The notes beneath the pieces are model-generated. The model saw nothing but the letters and a program-made list of their open reading frames with translations. It was not told the origin of the DNA and did no database searches. From an uncultured Armatimonadia bacterium (lineage in GTDB: Bacteria > Armatimonadota > Zipacnadia > CAVVLO01), in the NCBI GenBank assembly GCA_963749155.1, contig CAVVLO010000002.1, forward strand, positions 992,001-1,056,000: 64,000 nt of DNA. The letters are read 5' to 3'. Made by a program: the position numbers and the translations under genes. Positions 38,306 through 48,468 of this stretch are shown piece by piece. The stretch's first letter is position 1; the number at the start of each line of letters is the position of its first letter.

Positions 38306-39623
38306 ATGCCAAGGATAAGAGACCTGCTTAAGTGGTTGTATCCCGGGCTAGGAGTGAAGCGCTGGCTGCTAGCGCTCCTTGTCGGCACAGCCCTGGTTGC
38401 TTTTGGCCTGGCGCTGCTCGCCAAGGATGAGTTGCTGTTTGGTAACAACCGCCTGGTCGAGTGGGTGTATTTCAACACGGGTATATTGATTGCGCACAGT
38501 TGGTTTGGCGCGGTAATTATGCTGCTCGGATTACTCCTGCTTGGCTTTGCGCTTTCCCGATTGCTGCATACAATCGTTGATGTACTAAGACCTGCGGAAC
38601 ACGGGCAACTCGCGGACTTGCTGGTGCGCAAACGGTTCCTCGCCCATGGAGAAGAAATTGTTGCCCTGGGTGGCGGGACGGGCCTTTCTACCTTGCTACG
38701 CGGCATCAAGGAATACACCCGCAACATCAGCGCTGTGGTTACCGTGGCGGACGATGGCGGCAGCACGGGCCGGCTGAGGCGCGACTTCGGCATCCTGGCC
38801 CCTGGAGATTTGCGAAGCTGCCTGGCCGCGCTGGCAGATGCCGAGCCGCAGATGATGTCGCTACTGCAATACAGGTTTGATGAGCAAAGCAAGGAGCTGG
38901 AAGGCCATTCGCTCGGCAATCTGCTAATCACCGCGCTTACCAAGGTACAAGGCAATTTCTCTGACGGCTATCCAGGAACTAAGCAAAGTTCTGGCCATCC
39001 GCGGCCGGGTCTTGCCGGCGACCCTGGCCAATGTCGCGCTGGTGGGAGAACTGCTTAACGGCGAGCGCGTGGAGGGTGAAAGCAACATCCCCAAATCGCA
39101 TTTCCCCATCAGGAGGGTGTGGCTGGAACCCGAGAGTCCCCCTGCGGCGCCCGAGGTAATTGAAGCCTTGCAGAACGCCGCGGTCATCGTGGTCGGCCCA
39201 GGCAGCCTGTTCACCAGTCTGCTACCCAACCTGCTGGTGGCGGGAGTCACTGATGCCATCCGGGCCTCTGAGGCAGTGCGGGTCTATGTGTGCAATGTGA
39301 TGACCCAGCCGGGGGAGACTGACGGCTTCACCGCCGCGGACCATATAAAGCTGATTTACGCCCATACAGGGCCAGGCCTGTTCGATTATGTGCTGCTCAA
39401 TAGCCAGGAGCCTCCTACCGAAGTGCTCTCGCGCTACGACAACGTGGCCGCGGAGCTGGTATACAACGACCTCGATGAGCTAAGAGAGCTTGAATTGGAG
39501 CCAATTGAGCGCCCTCTATTGCAGGTGAGCGAGGTAATCCGCCACGATCCGGCGGCTCTGGCCGAGGCCTTGTTTACCCTGGTAGACAGGGGCCGGCCAC
39601 GTCCCCGAAAAAGGCGAAGCTAA
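38306..39623 (+). CDS. yvcK: gluconeogenesis factor YvcK with N-terminal membrane extension (+1 frameshift at ~38960)
   Basis: GGGTGLS, VTVADDGGSTGRLR, GHSLGNL; then GPGSLFTS, NVMTQPGET, RHDP in the shifted frame. Confidence 0.9.
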
Positions 39624-39661
39624 CCCTGGACGATTTGTATACTCATATAGCCTTATGGCCC

Positions 39662-39689
39662 TTGAGTTAAGAGGCCGGATGTGTATAAT
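39662..39689 (+). promoter_or_regulatory. sigma70-type promoter of the gap operon
   Basis: TTGAGT-N16-TATAAT with TG upstream of the -10. Confidence 0.6.
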
Positions 39690-39789
39690 GAACGTTGTCG
39701 CGTAGTAACTGACTTGACCACAACAGGGCTTGGACCCCCTCCTTTGGGAGGAGTCGAAGCCTCTGTTATTTAGAAAGGGAGGCTTTATT

Positions 39790-40812
<1,023 letters not shown>

Positions 40813-40952
40813 GGTTCTGCCCCAAAACAGATAACAAACAGCAAGGGCGGCGCCGACCAGCGTCGCCCTTGTCACTTAGAAACCAAGCCTCAGGTCACTA
40901 ATATGAAGAGTTCTTGGCGCCTGGGCCAGGTTTGATAAAGGAGGCAAGTCCA

Positions 40953-42143
40953 ATGAAAAAAATGACCGTTCGGGACGTCGCGGTAACTGGCAAGAAGATT
41001 CTGATGCGGGTGGACTTCAACGTCTCGCTTTATGAAGACGGCACCATCCGGAGCGATTCGCGCATCAAAGCGGCGCTGCCGACCATCAATTATCTGCTCG
41101 AGCAAGGCGCGCTTATCACCCTTACCAGCCATCTCGGCAGGCCGAAAGGCAAGGTTGACGAGACCGCCAGGCTTGATAAAGTAGCGGCCCGGCTTGAGGA
41201 ACTACTGGGCAAGCCGATTACTTACCTCAAAGAAGCTATCGGCCCTGTTGTAGAGGAAGCTGTTGCCAGACAGAAGCCTGGCGAGGTTATCCTGCTCGAG
41301 AATATCCGCTTCTACCCCGGCGAGGAGGCTAACGATCCCGAGTTCGCCAAGCAGCTTGCCAAGCCCTTCGAGCTTTATGTGCAGGATGCCTTCGGCACCG
41401 CGCATCGCGCTCACGCCTCGACCGAGGGGGTTGCGCATGTGCTGCCAGCGTATGCCGGCTTCCTGATGGAGAAGGAGATTGACTTCCTCTCCAAGGCAAC
41501 GACCGACCCCGCGCGCCCCTATGTAGCCATCCTCGGTGGCGCCAAGGTAAAAGACAAGATTGGCGTCATCGACAACCTGCTGCAGGTCTGCGACAAGCTT
41601 ATCATCGGCGGGGGAATGGCCTTCACTTTCTTCAAAGCCAAGGGCTGGGAGATAGGGCATTCGATTCTGGACGCCGAGAACATTGACCAGGCCGGCGAGT
41701 TTATGAAGCTTGCCGAGGAGCGCGGTATCGAGCTCCTGCTGCCAGTAGACACTGTGATCGCCCAGGAGATGAAGCCTGGTGTCCCAACGAAGGTTGTCGA
41801 CTCGGACCAGATTCCCGCGGATTGGGAAGGCTTCGATATCGGCCCAACCAGCATCGAAGTCTTCAAAGAGGCAATGAGAGGCGCCAAAACCGTGTGCTGG
41901 AACGGCCCGGTTGGCGTGTTCGAGATCCCCGAGTTTGCCAAGGGCACCAAAGCCATCGCTGAAGCGCTGGCTGCACTGCCAGATGCCGTCACAATCGTAG
42001 GTGGCGGAGAGACCGCAACGGCTGTGAAAGAGATGGGCGTTGCCAGCAAGATAAGTCATGTCTCCACCGGCGGCGGCGCGAGCCTCGAGTTCCTCGAGGG
42101 TATCGAGTTGCCTGGTGTGGCGGCACTAAAAGACGCGGAATAA
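40953..42143 (+). CDS. pgk: phosphoglycerate kinase
   Basis: [39 protein letters not shown]. Confidence 0.98.
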   Translation: MKKMTVRDVAVTGKKILMRVDFNVSLYEDGTIRSDSRIKAALPTINYLLEQGALITLTSHLGRPKGKVDETARLDKVAARLEELLGKPITYLKEAIGPVVEEAVARQKPGEVILLENIRFYPGEEANDPEFAKQLAKPFELYVQDAFGTAHRAHASTEGVAHVLPAYAGFLMEKEIDFLSKATTDPARPYVAILGGAKVKDKIGVIDNLLQVCDKLIIGGGMAFTFFKAKGWEIGHSILDAENIDQAGEFMKLAEERGIELLLPVDTVIAQEMKPGVPTKVVDSDQIPADWEGFDIGPTSIEVFKEAMRGAKTVCWNGPVGVFEIPEFAKGTKAIAEALAALPDAVTIVGGGETATAVKEMGVASKISHVSTGGGASLEFLEGIELPGVAALKDAE

Positions 42144-42155
42144 GGAGAAGCCTTT

Positions 42156-42989
42156 ATGAAACGCAAGCCTATGATGGCTGGTAACTGGAAGATGAACAAG
42201 ACGATCTCCGAGGCGAAGGAGCTTGCCCTGGCGCTGAAGGCAAGCGCCGGCGCGGAGACCAAAGTAGACGTAGTGCTTTGTCCGCCTTTCCTGGCGATCC
42301 CCACGGTGGCCGAGGCAGTGGCCGGCTCGAACATAAAAGTCGCAGCCCAGGATTTCTTCTGGAAAGAGAAAGGTGCTTATACCGGCGAGATCTCTGCCCA
42401 GATGATCAAGGACGGTGGCTGCGCCTCGGTAGTTATCGGCCACTCCGAGCGCCGGGGGCGTTTTGGCAAGGTCGAAGATGATCTTGTCGGCGAGGGCCTT
42501 GGGCCTTTTGGTGACAACAATACGACCGTCAACACCAAGACGAAAGCCGCTCTAGATGCAGGTCTGCTTCCCATCGTGTGCTGCGGTGAGACCCTGGCCG
42601 AGCGCAAGACCGGCAAGACCGACCTTGTGGTCAAGAGCCAGGTGCTGGCCGCGCTGGCAGGACTTTCGGGCGAAGAGATCGCCAAGGTAGTCATCGCATA
42701 TGAACCCGTCTGGGCCATCGGCACAGGCGAAGTGTGTGATTCTGCCGAGGCCAACCGGGTGCTTGGGATGATCCGCGGCGCCCTGGCAGAGCTGGTCGGC
42801 GACACCGCCCAGGCGATGCAGATTCTCTATGGCGGTTCGGTTGCACCTGATAACATCGAAGAGCTTATGGCTCAGCCCGAGATAGATGGCGGGCTGGTCG
42901 GCGGCGCGAGTCTCGTAGCGGAGAAGTTCCAGGCGCTGATTGACGCTGCGGCGAAGGCAAGAGGCGGCTGCTGCGGTTGCGGTGGCTAG
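42156..42989 (+). CDS. tpiA: triosephosphate isomerase
   Basis: [31 protein letters not shown]. Confidence 0.98.
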   Translation: MKRKPMMAGNWKMNKTISEAKELALALKASAGAETKVDVVLCPPFLAIPTVAEAVAGSNIKVAAQDFFWKEKGAYTGEISAQMIKDGGCASVVIGHSERRGRFGKVEDDLVGEGLGPFGDNNTTVNTKTKAALDAGLLPIVCCGETLAERKTGKTDLVVKSQVLAALAGLSGEEIAKVVIAYEPVWAIGTGEVCDSAEANRVLGMIRGALAELVGDTAQAMQILYGGSVAPDNIEELMAQPEIDGGLVGGASLVAEKFQALIDAAAKARGGCCGCGG

Positions 42990-43010
42990 TCTTCAGTTCT
43001 ACCAAATAGG

Positions 43011-43043
43011 AAGAGCCCGGGCCACAAGTTGGCCCGGGTTCTT
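43011..43043. terminator. hairpin terminator between convergent tpiA and ogt
   Basis: AAGAGCCCGGGCCA-N5-TGGCCCGGGTTCTT. Confidence 0.7.
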
Positions 43044-43045
43044 GC

Positions 43046-43576
43046 TTAGTGGTGGTGGCCGTCTGAGCAGCCCCAGCCGGGGCCTTCGATGGCAATATCC
43101 AGGCTTACAGTAACAGGCTTGCCGGTGCGTTCGAGCTCCAGCAACTGCGCCTTCACCTCGGGACCACCTGCGGAGAAGCCTCCAAGCTGGCCTTTGGCGC
43201 CGAGGACTCGGTGACAGGGCACCAGCAAGGGAAAAGGATTGCGCGCCATTGCCTGCCCCACAGCCCTGGCAGCGCCAGGACGTCCAGCTCGTTCTGCAAC
43301 CTCACCATAAGCAAGTGTGTGCCCAGCGGGGATTGCCTGCACTACCTCGGTCACTGCCTTGCGGAAGGGCGTGAAGCCTGCGAAATCCAGTGGGAAGCCC
43401 GAAAGGTTTACAGCCAACCCATCAAAGTAGTCGGAAAGCGCCGACTGCAGCTTGATGGCCAAATCCGGCGCCTCGCGCGGTGTTCCATACAAGGTCACCT
43501 GGCAGATTAGCGAGTTCTCTTCAGGCATCCTCAGCAGCTTCAGGCCCGTCACCATCGGGCCGGTCGGTTGGGGCAT
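43046..43576 (-). CDS. ogt: methylated-DNA--protein-cysteine methyltransferase; start uncertain
   Basis: AARAVGQAMARNP, VPCHRV. Confidence 0.9.
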   Translation of the reverse strand: MPQPTGPMVTGLKLLRMPEENSLICQVTLYGTPREAPDLAIKLQSALSDYFDGLAVNLSGFPLDFAGFTPFRKAVTEVVQAIPAGHTLAYGEVAERAGRPGAARAVGQAMARNPFPLLVPCHRVLGAKGQLGGFSAGGPEVKAQLLELERTGKPVTVSLDIAIEGPGWGCSDGHHH

Positions 43577-45410
43577 CGGGTTCCTCCTCGGGATGGAAAT
43601 GCAAAAACAGGCGTTCTGCCACAGGGCGGGTCATACCAGGGGCGCGCGCCAGGTCCATTACAGAGGCGCTTGCAACCGTCTCGATGGTGCCGAAATGGGC
43701 CAGCAGCTTCCTCAGCCTGATGCGGCCCATACCTTCGATGGACTCAAGCTCCGCCTGGAGAGAAGTGCGGGTGCGCACTGAGCGATGCTGAGTTATGGCG
43801 AACCGGTGAGCCTCATCGCGCATCCGTTGCACCAGAAAATGAGCTGGCTCTCCCTCTTCCAGTGCAACAGGTGTCTTGCGGCCGGGTATGAAAACCTGTT
43901 CTTCCTGCTTGGCAAGTGAGGCAATCGGTATTTCGTTCAATCCCAGGGCCCCAAGTACCTCGACCGCGACCTTCAGATGGCCTTTGCCCCCGTCAATCAA
44001 CACCAGATCAGGCCGCCTGCGGAAGGACTCATCGTCCTGCCCTGAGAGGCGGAAGCGCCGGCCAAGCAACTCTTCCATCATCGCATAGTCGTTAGGCTTT
44101 GGATAATCGCCGCGCAGATTGAACTTGCGATACTGGCTCTTGGCGGGGAGGCCTTCCTCAAAGACGATCATCGAGCCTGTGGCGTTGGTGCCGCTGGTAT
44201 TGGACACATCGTAGGTCTCAATGCGACTTGGACGAGCGGGCAGCCCGAGCAGATTTTGCAAGCGGCCCAGGGCCAGATCGGCCTGTTCTTTTTCAATACT
44301 TTTACGATATTGTTCGCGCGCGCGCAGTTCTTCGAGGTTGCGAGCGGCCAGGTCCATCAGCTTGCGGCGTTCTCCGCGCTTCGGAACCACCAGCTCCACC
44401 TTCGAGCCTCGCAGCCCAGACAGCCATTCGGCAAGCAACTCGGTCTCTTGGGGTTCTGTCTCGAGCAGCAGTAACTCGGGCACATAGGCAACTGAAGCAT
44501 ACCGTTGTTTGATGAATTCGGTCAGGATCTCTTCCACAGGGCGATCCTGCGAGCCAGCCAGATGGAAGTCATCCTGTCCGACCAGCTTGCCGAAACGGAA
44601 GAACAGCAGCAAAAGTAAAGCGGGCTCGCCCGGCAGCAAGGTTATCAGATCAGCCTCGTGCAAGCGGGTCGAGACCAGCTTCTGCTCGCCCAGCAGCACC
44701 GTCACATCGCGAAACTGGTCGCGCAGACTGGCAGCTTTCTCGAAATCCAGCTCTGCCGAGGCGGCCTTCATCTCTTTTTCGAGTCGCTTCGCCAGTTGCT
44801 CATGCCGCCCCTGGAGGAAATCTACCACCTTGTCCGAGATTGCCTTATTCTCAGCCTGAGATACCTCAGGTCGACAAGGCCCGAGACACTGGCCAATATG
44901 AAAGTAGAGGCAAGGCCGCCAGCTCGCATCTGCGCGCAGTTTGGACAGGTCCTTGCGGCAGGGGCGAAATTTGAAGAGCCTGTGGATGAGCCGGATGGTG
45001 CCCCTCATCGAGCCGACATCAGGATAAGGCCCAAAATAAAGCGCGCCATCTTTCTCGATCTTCCGCACGACTCGCAGCATGGGGAAGGGTGAGCCCACGT
45101 CGATGCGCAGATACGGATATTGCTTGTCATCTGTCAGCATCACGTTGTAGGGAGGCTTCTCTTGCTTGATCAGGCTGCACTCGAGCGCCAGCGCCTCTAT
45201 CTCATTGTCGGTAAGGAGATAGTCGAAAGTGACAACTTTCTCAAGCATCAGCTCGCCCCAGACGGTAGGCGGCTTCTGCACAAACCACTGGTGCAGGCGA
45301 TTGCTAAGGTTTTTGGCCTTGCCCACATACACGATGCGGCCTCGGGCGTCTTTCATCAGATAGACGCCTGGGCTTTTCGGTATCCCTTTGAGTAAAGCTT
45401 TATCGATCAT
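43521..45410 (-). CDS. uvrC: excinuclease ABC subunit C
   Basis: GIY-YIG PGVYLM...YVGKAKNL, RIETYDVSN, LIDGGKG, RDEAHRFA, HhH. Confidence 0.97.
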   Translation of the reverse strand: MIDKALLKGIPKSPGVYLMKDARGRIVYVGKAKNLSNRLHQWFVQKPPTVWGELMLEKVVTFDYLLTDNEIEALALECSLIKQEKPPYNVMLTDDKQYPYLRIDVGSPFPMLRVVRKIEKDGALYFGPYPDVGSMRGTIRLIHRLFKFRPCRKDLSKLRADASWRPCLYFHIGQCLGPCRPEVSQAENKAISDKVVDFLQGRHEQLAKRLEKEMKAASAELDFEKAASLRDQFRDVTVLLGEQKLVSTRLHEADLITLLPGEPALLLLLFFRFGKLVGQDDFHLAGSQDRPVEEILTEFIKQRYASVAYVPELLLLETEPQETELLAEWLSGLRGSKVELVVPKRGERRKLMDLAARNLEELRAREQYRKSIEKEQADLALGRLQNLLGLPARPSRIETYDVSNTSGTNATGSMIVFEEGLPAKSQYRKFNLRGDYPKPNDYAMMEELLGRRFRLSGQDDESFRRRPDLVLIDGGKGHLKVAVEVLGALGLNEIPIASLAKQEEQVFIPGRKTPVALEEGEPAHFLVQRMRDEAHRFAITQHRSVRTRTSLQAELESIEGMGRIRLRKLLAHFGTIETVASASVMDLARAPGMTRPVAERLFLHFHPEEEPDAPTDRPDGDGPEAAEDA

Positions 45411-45416
45411 CAGCAG

Positions 45417-47465
45417 CTACTTCTTGCGGCGACGCTTGCGATTCTGTTGCAATCGTTGCATCGTCGCTTTGCCGTAGGTTCCCTCCAGCTCGCGGAGTTG
45501 ATCACGATACAAGGCAGCTTTCTCGAAGTCCAGTCTCCCGGCTGCGTTCTTCATATTGGCTTCGAGATCCAGGACAAGCTCCAGCAGTTCCTCTTCAGGC
45601 AGCTTCTCCTCGGTCATTAAGACATCCGAAAGGGTTTCTGTCTTGGGCGCCTCTACCGGAGACAGGCTCTCTCTGACTGGCTTCTGGACACTGCGAGGAG
45701 TGATACCGTGCTCCTGGTTGAACTCGACCTGCACCTGCCGGCGACGTTCGGTCTCTTCGATGGCGCGCCTCAGAGATTCGGTCATATTGTCGGCGTACAT
45801 TATGACCCTGCCTTCAAGATGGCGAGAGGCCCGGCCAATCATCTGCACGAGTGAAGTAACCGAACGCAAGAAGCCCTCTTTGTCGGCATCCATTATCGCA
45901 ACCAGCGACACCTCGGGCAGGTCGAGGCCTTCGCGTAGCAGATTCACGCCGACAAGCACATCGAAGTCGCCCATCCTTAGGCCCCGGAGAATCTCAGGAC
46001 GCTCCAGCGTCTCTATCTGCGAATGGAGATAGGTCACCCTCACGCCCATCTCACCGAGATAATTGGCAAATTCTTCGGCCATCCGGATGGTCAGCGTTGT
46101 GACCAGCACCCTCTGCTTCTTGTCCACACGCAAGCGTATCTCGGAAAGCAGGTCCTCTATCTGCCCTTTGATGGGCCTGACTTCCAGCTCTGGGTCTAGA
46201 AGACCGGTTGGACGCACGAGTTGCTCTACAATCTGGTCACTGCGCGCAAGCTCATAAGGGCCAGGCGTTGCGGAGACAAATACGGTTTGGCCTATACGCC
46301 GCTCGAACTCGCTAAAGGTGAGAGGCCGGTTATCGAAGGCCGAAGGCAGGCGGAAACCAAATTTCACCAGCTCTTCCTTGCGCGACCGGTCGCCGTTATA
46401 CATCGCTGAGATCTGCGGCACCGTCTGGTGAGACTCATCAATAATGGTGAGGAAGTCGTCGGGCAGATAATCGAAAAGGGTATACGGAGGTTCGCCGATC
46501 TTGCGACCATCGAAATACCTGGAGTAATTCTCCACACCTCGGCACATACCGGTTGCGCGAAGCATCTCCATATCATATCTGACGCGTTCGCGCAGGCGCT
46601 GAGCCTCAATCAGCTTGTTCTCGCTGTGGAAATAGTCCAGCCGTTGCTCTAACTCGACCTTGACCTCGTCCAGGATCTCTTCCATACGGTCGGTTGGAGT
46701 CACATAATGAGTCGCCGGGAAGAGCCAGTCGCTTCGGCGGTCTTCGAGCAACTCCCCTGTGACAGGATGAACGAGGGTTATGGTCTCGATCTCATCGCCC
46801 CAGAGAGACACTCTGGTGATGACATCCGCATAGGCGGGCATTATGTCCACTACATCGCCCTTCAGCCGGAAGGTGCCAGGCGCGAGGTCATAGCTGGTGG
46901 CGACATATTCCATCTGGACCAGGCGTTCGGCAATAAAATCGCGGCTGATTTGCTGGCCTGTATGCACCTGGAGGCTGCTGCGAGAATACTCATCGGGCGA
47001 CCCGAGGCCGTAGATGCAGGAGACGCTGGCCACGATGACGCAATCTCGCCTGGTAGAGGCTGCCATCGTCGCCAGGTGTCTCAGCCGCTCTATGTCTTCG
47101 TTGCGATCGGCTTCTTTTTCAATATAGGTATCCGATCTCGCAATGTAGGCCTCAGGCTGGTAGTAATCGTAATAAGAGACAAAATAGCCGACAAGGCTAG
47201 CGGGCAAGAAAGACTTGAACTCCGAGTAAAGCTGGGCTGCCAGCGTCTTGTTGTGGGCGATGACCAGGGCAGGGCGCTGCACTGCTTCGAGCAGTTTGGC
47301 GATGGTATAGGTCTTGCCGGAGCCGGTAACCCCAAGCAAGGTCTGCATATGCTGGCCGGAGTGCAGACCGTCTGCAAGGCGAGCTATTGCCTGTGGCTGG
47401 TCGCCGGCAGGCTCGAAATCGGCTACTACTCTAAGTCTCTGGGTGGCTTCCACGTCAGTTCTCAT
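45417..47465 (-). CDS. uvrB: excinuclease ABC subunit B
   Basis: GDQPQAI, LGVTGSGKT, YYDYYQPEAY, DESH, NLLREGLDLPEV. Confidence 0.98.
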   Translation of the reverse strand: MRTDVEATQRLRVVADFEPAGDQPQAIARLADGLHSGQHMQTLLGVTGSGKTYTIAKLLEAVQRPALVIAHNKTLAAQLYSEFKSFLPASLVGYFVSYYDYYQPEAYIARSDTYIEKEADRNEDIERLRHLATMAASTRRDCVIVASVSCIYGLGSPDEYSRSSLQVHTGQQISRDFIAERLVQMEYVATSYDLAPGTFRLKGDVVDIMPAYADVITRVSLWGDEIETITLVHPVTGELLEDRRSDWLFPATHYVTPTDRMEEILDEVKVELEQRLDYFHSENKLIEAQRLRERVRYDMEMLRATGMCRGVENYSRYFDGRKIGEPPYTLFDYLPDDFLTIIDESHQTVPQISAMYNGDRSRKEELVKFGFRLPSAFDNRPLTFSEFERRIGQTVFVSATPGPYELARSDQIVEQLVRPTGLLDPELEVRPIKGQIEDLLSEIRLRVDKKQRVLVTTLTIRMAEEFANYLGEMGVRVTYLHSQIETLERPEILRGLRMGDFDVLVGVNLLREGLDLPEVSLVAIMDADKEGFLRSVTSLVQMIGRASRHLEGRVIMYADNMTESLRRAIEETERRRQVQVEFNQEHGITPRSVQKPVRESLSPVEAPKTETLSDVLMTEEKLPEEELLELVLDLEANMKNAAGRLDFEKAALYRDQLRELEGTYGKATMQRLQQNRKRRRKK

Positions 47466-47505
47466 TTCCCGAAATATAAATCAGAGAAAAATCCCTTTTG
47501 AACGC

Positions 47506-47537
47506 AAAACAAAGGCAGGGCCCAAAGGACCCTGCCT
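47506..47537 (-). terminator. intrinsic terminator ending the surface-protein cluster
   Basis: AGGCAGGG.CC/GG.CCCTGCCT hairpin followed on the minus strand by TTGTTTT. Confidence 0.7.
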
Positions 47538-47569
47538 CAATGATACCTGTTTCTGCCTGTTAGCTGAAC

Positions 47570-48409
47570 CTAGAAAGTCATACCAACGGTAATCATATGG
47601 AAGGGATCATCAAGATCAATCAGGCCATAATCGACTGTTGCCCTGCCAAAAGACAGGCCAGCGCCAACGCTCCAGACATCGGCTGGGTCGTTGTACCCGC
47701 CGCGAAGCAGCACCGGTACGCCCAGGAACTCGCCGAAGTCATACTCGCCACCGACTGCAAATCCGCGATCGACTTCATCGGCGACATCGAACAAGTCGGC
47801 CTCGAGCAGCAAGCCTGGCATCCAGTTGACCGCAACGCCCACATCGATGGTGGCAGCCAGCTTCTCACCAATCAGCGTATTGCTTGGGACGTTGCGCAAG
47901 ACAGCGGCGACTTTGCCCTCTTTGCCCAGGAAACCGAAGTCGTTCATTATGACGCCAAAATCGAGGGAAGTAGCCTCGGCATCATCAGCGCCATTATCAG
48001 CGGTGATCCATTTGGCAGAGATCCCGGCAACCAGGTCATCGTCCAGTTGATCCGCATAACCAATGACGAAGGTCTTGTAGTCAGTGCCAGGGTCATCGGC
48101 ATTGATGAAGTGATAACCGAGGGTGATTGCAGGATCGGTGTTGTTCTCTAGCGGCGCCCAGCAGAAGCCAAAAGCGCTCATATCTCCACCATCGGCGTCG
48201 AGACTGAAGCTCGCTCCGGCTTCTTTCTTTGGAAGCTCGAACACTCCGGCTGGGTTAACCAGTTGGGCATCGAAGCCTGTTGCGGTCGCGAGGACGGCGC
48301 CAGCCATTGCGGCTTCGCGCGCGCTGGGCACGGCAATCGGATTAGCCAAAGCCATAAGACTTACTGCAAGTAGTGCTGCGACTAGAGTGTAAATACTAAG
48401 ACGTTTCAT
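47570..48409 (-). CDS. PorV/PorQ-like (FadL-type) outer-membrane beta-barrel
   Basis: signal peptide; SAREAAMAGA.LA......A..VNPAG plug motif; GISAKWI, SLDFG, LRN, LRGGY, C-terminal HMITVGMTF. Confidence 0.7.
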   Translation of the reverse strand: MKRLSIYTLVAALLAVSLMALANPIAVPSAREAAMAGAVLATATGFDAQLVNPAGVFELPKKEAGASFSLDADGGDMSAFGFCWAPLENNTDPAITLGYHFINADDPGTDYKTFVIGYADQLDDDLVAGISAKWITADNGADDAEATSLDFGVIMNDFGFLGKEGKVAAVLRNVPSNTLIGEKLAATIDVGVAVNWMPGLLLEADLFDVADEVDRGFAVGGEYDFGEFLGVPVLLRGGYNDPADVWSVGAGLSFGRATVDYGLIDLDDPFHMITVGMTF

Positions 48410-48468
48410 TGTTCCACCTCGTTGGAGGAGTATAGGGTCGTGGGAGTATACCACAGGAAAGGAGGCAC

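Noticed and set aside
38306..39623. yvcK and other frameshifted genes as true pseudogenes
   Set aside because: Each is restored by single-base removal with no other decay, and the same +1 pattern recurs across the window
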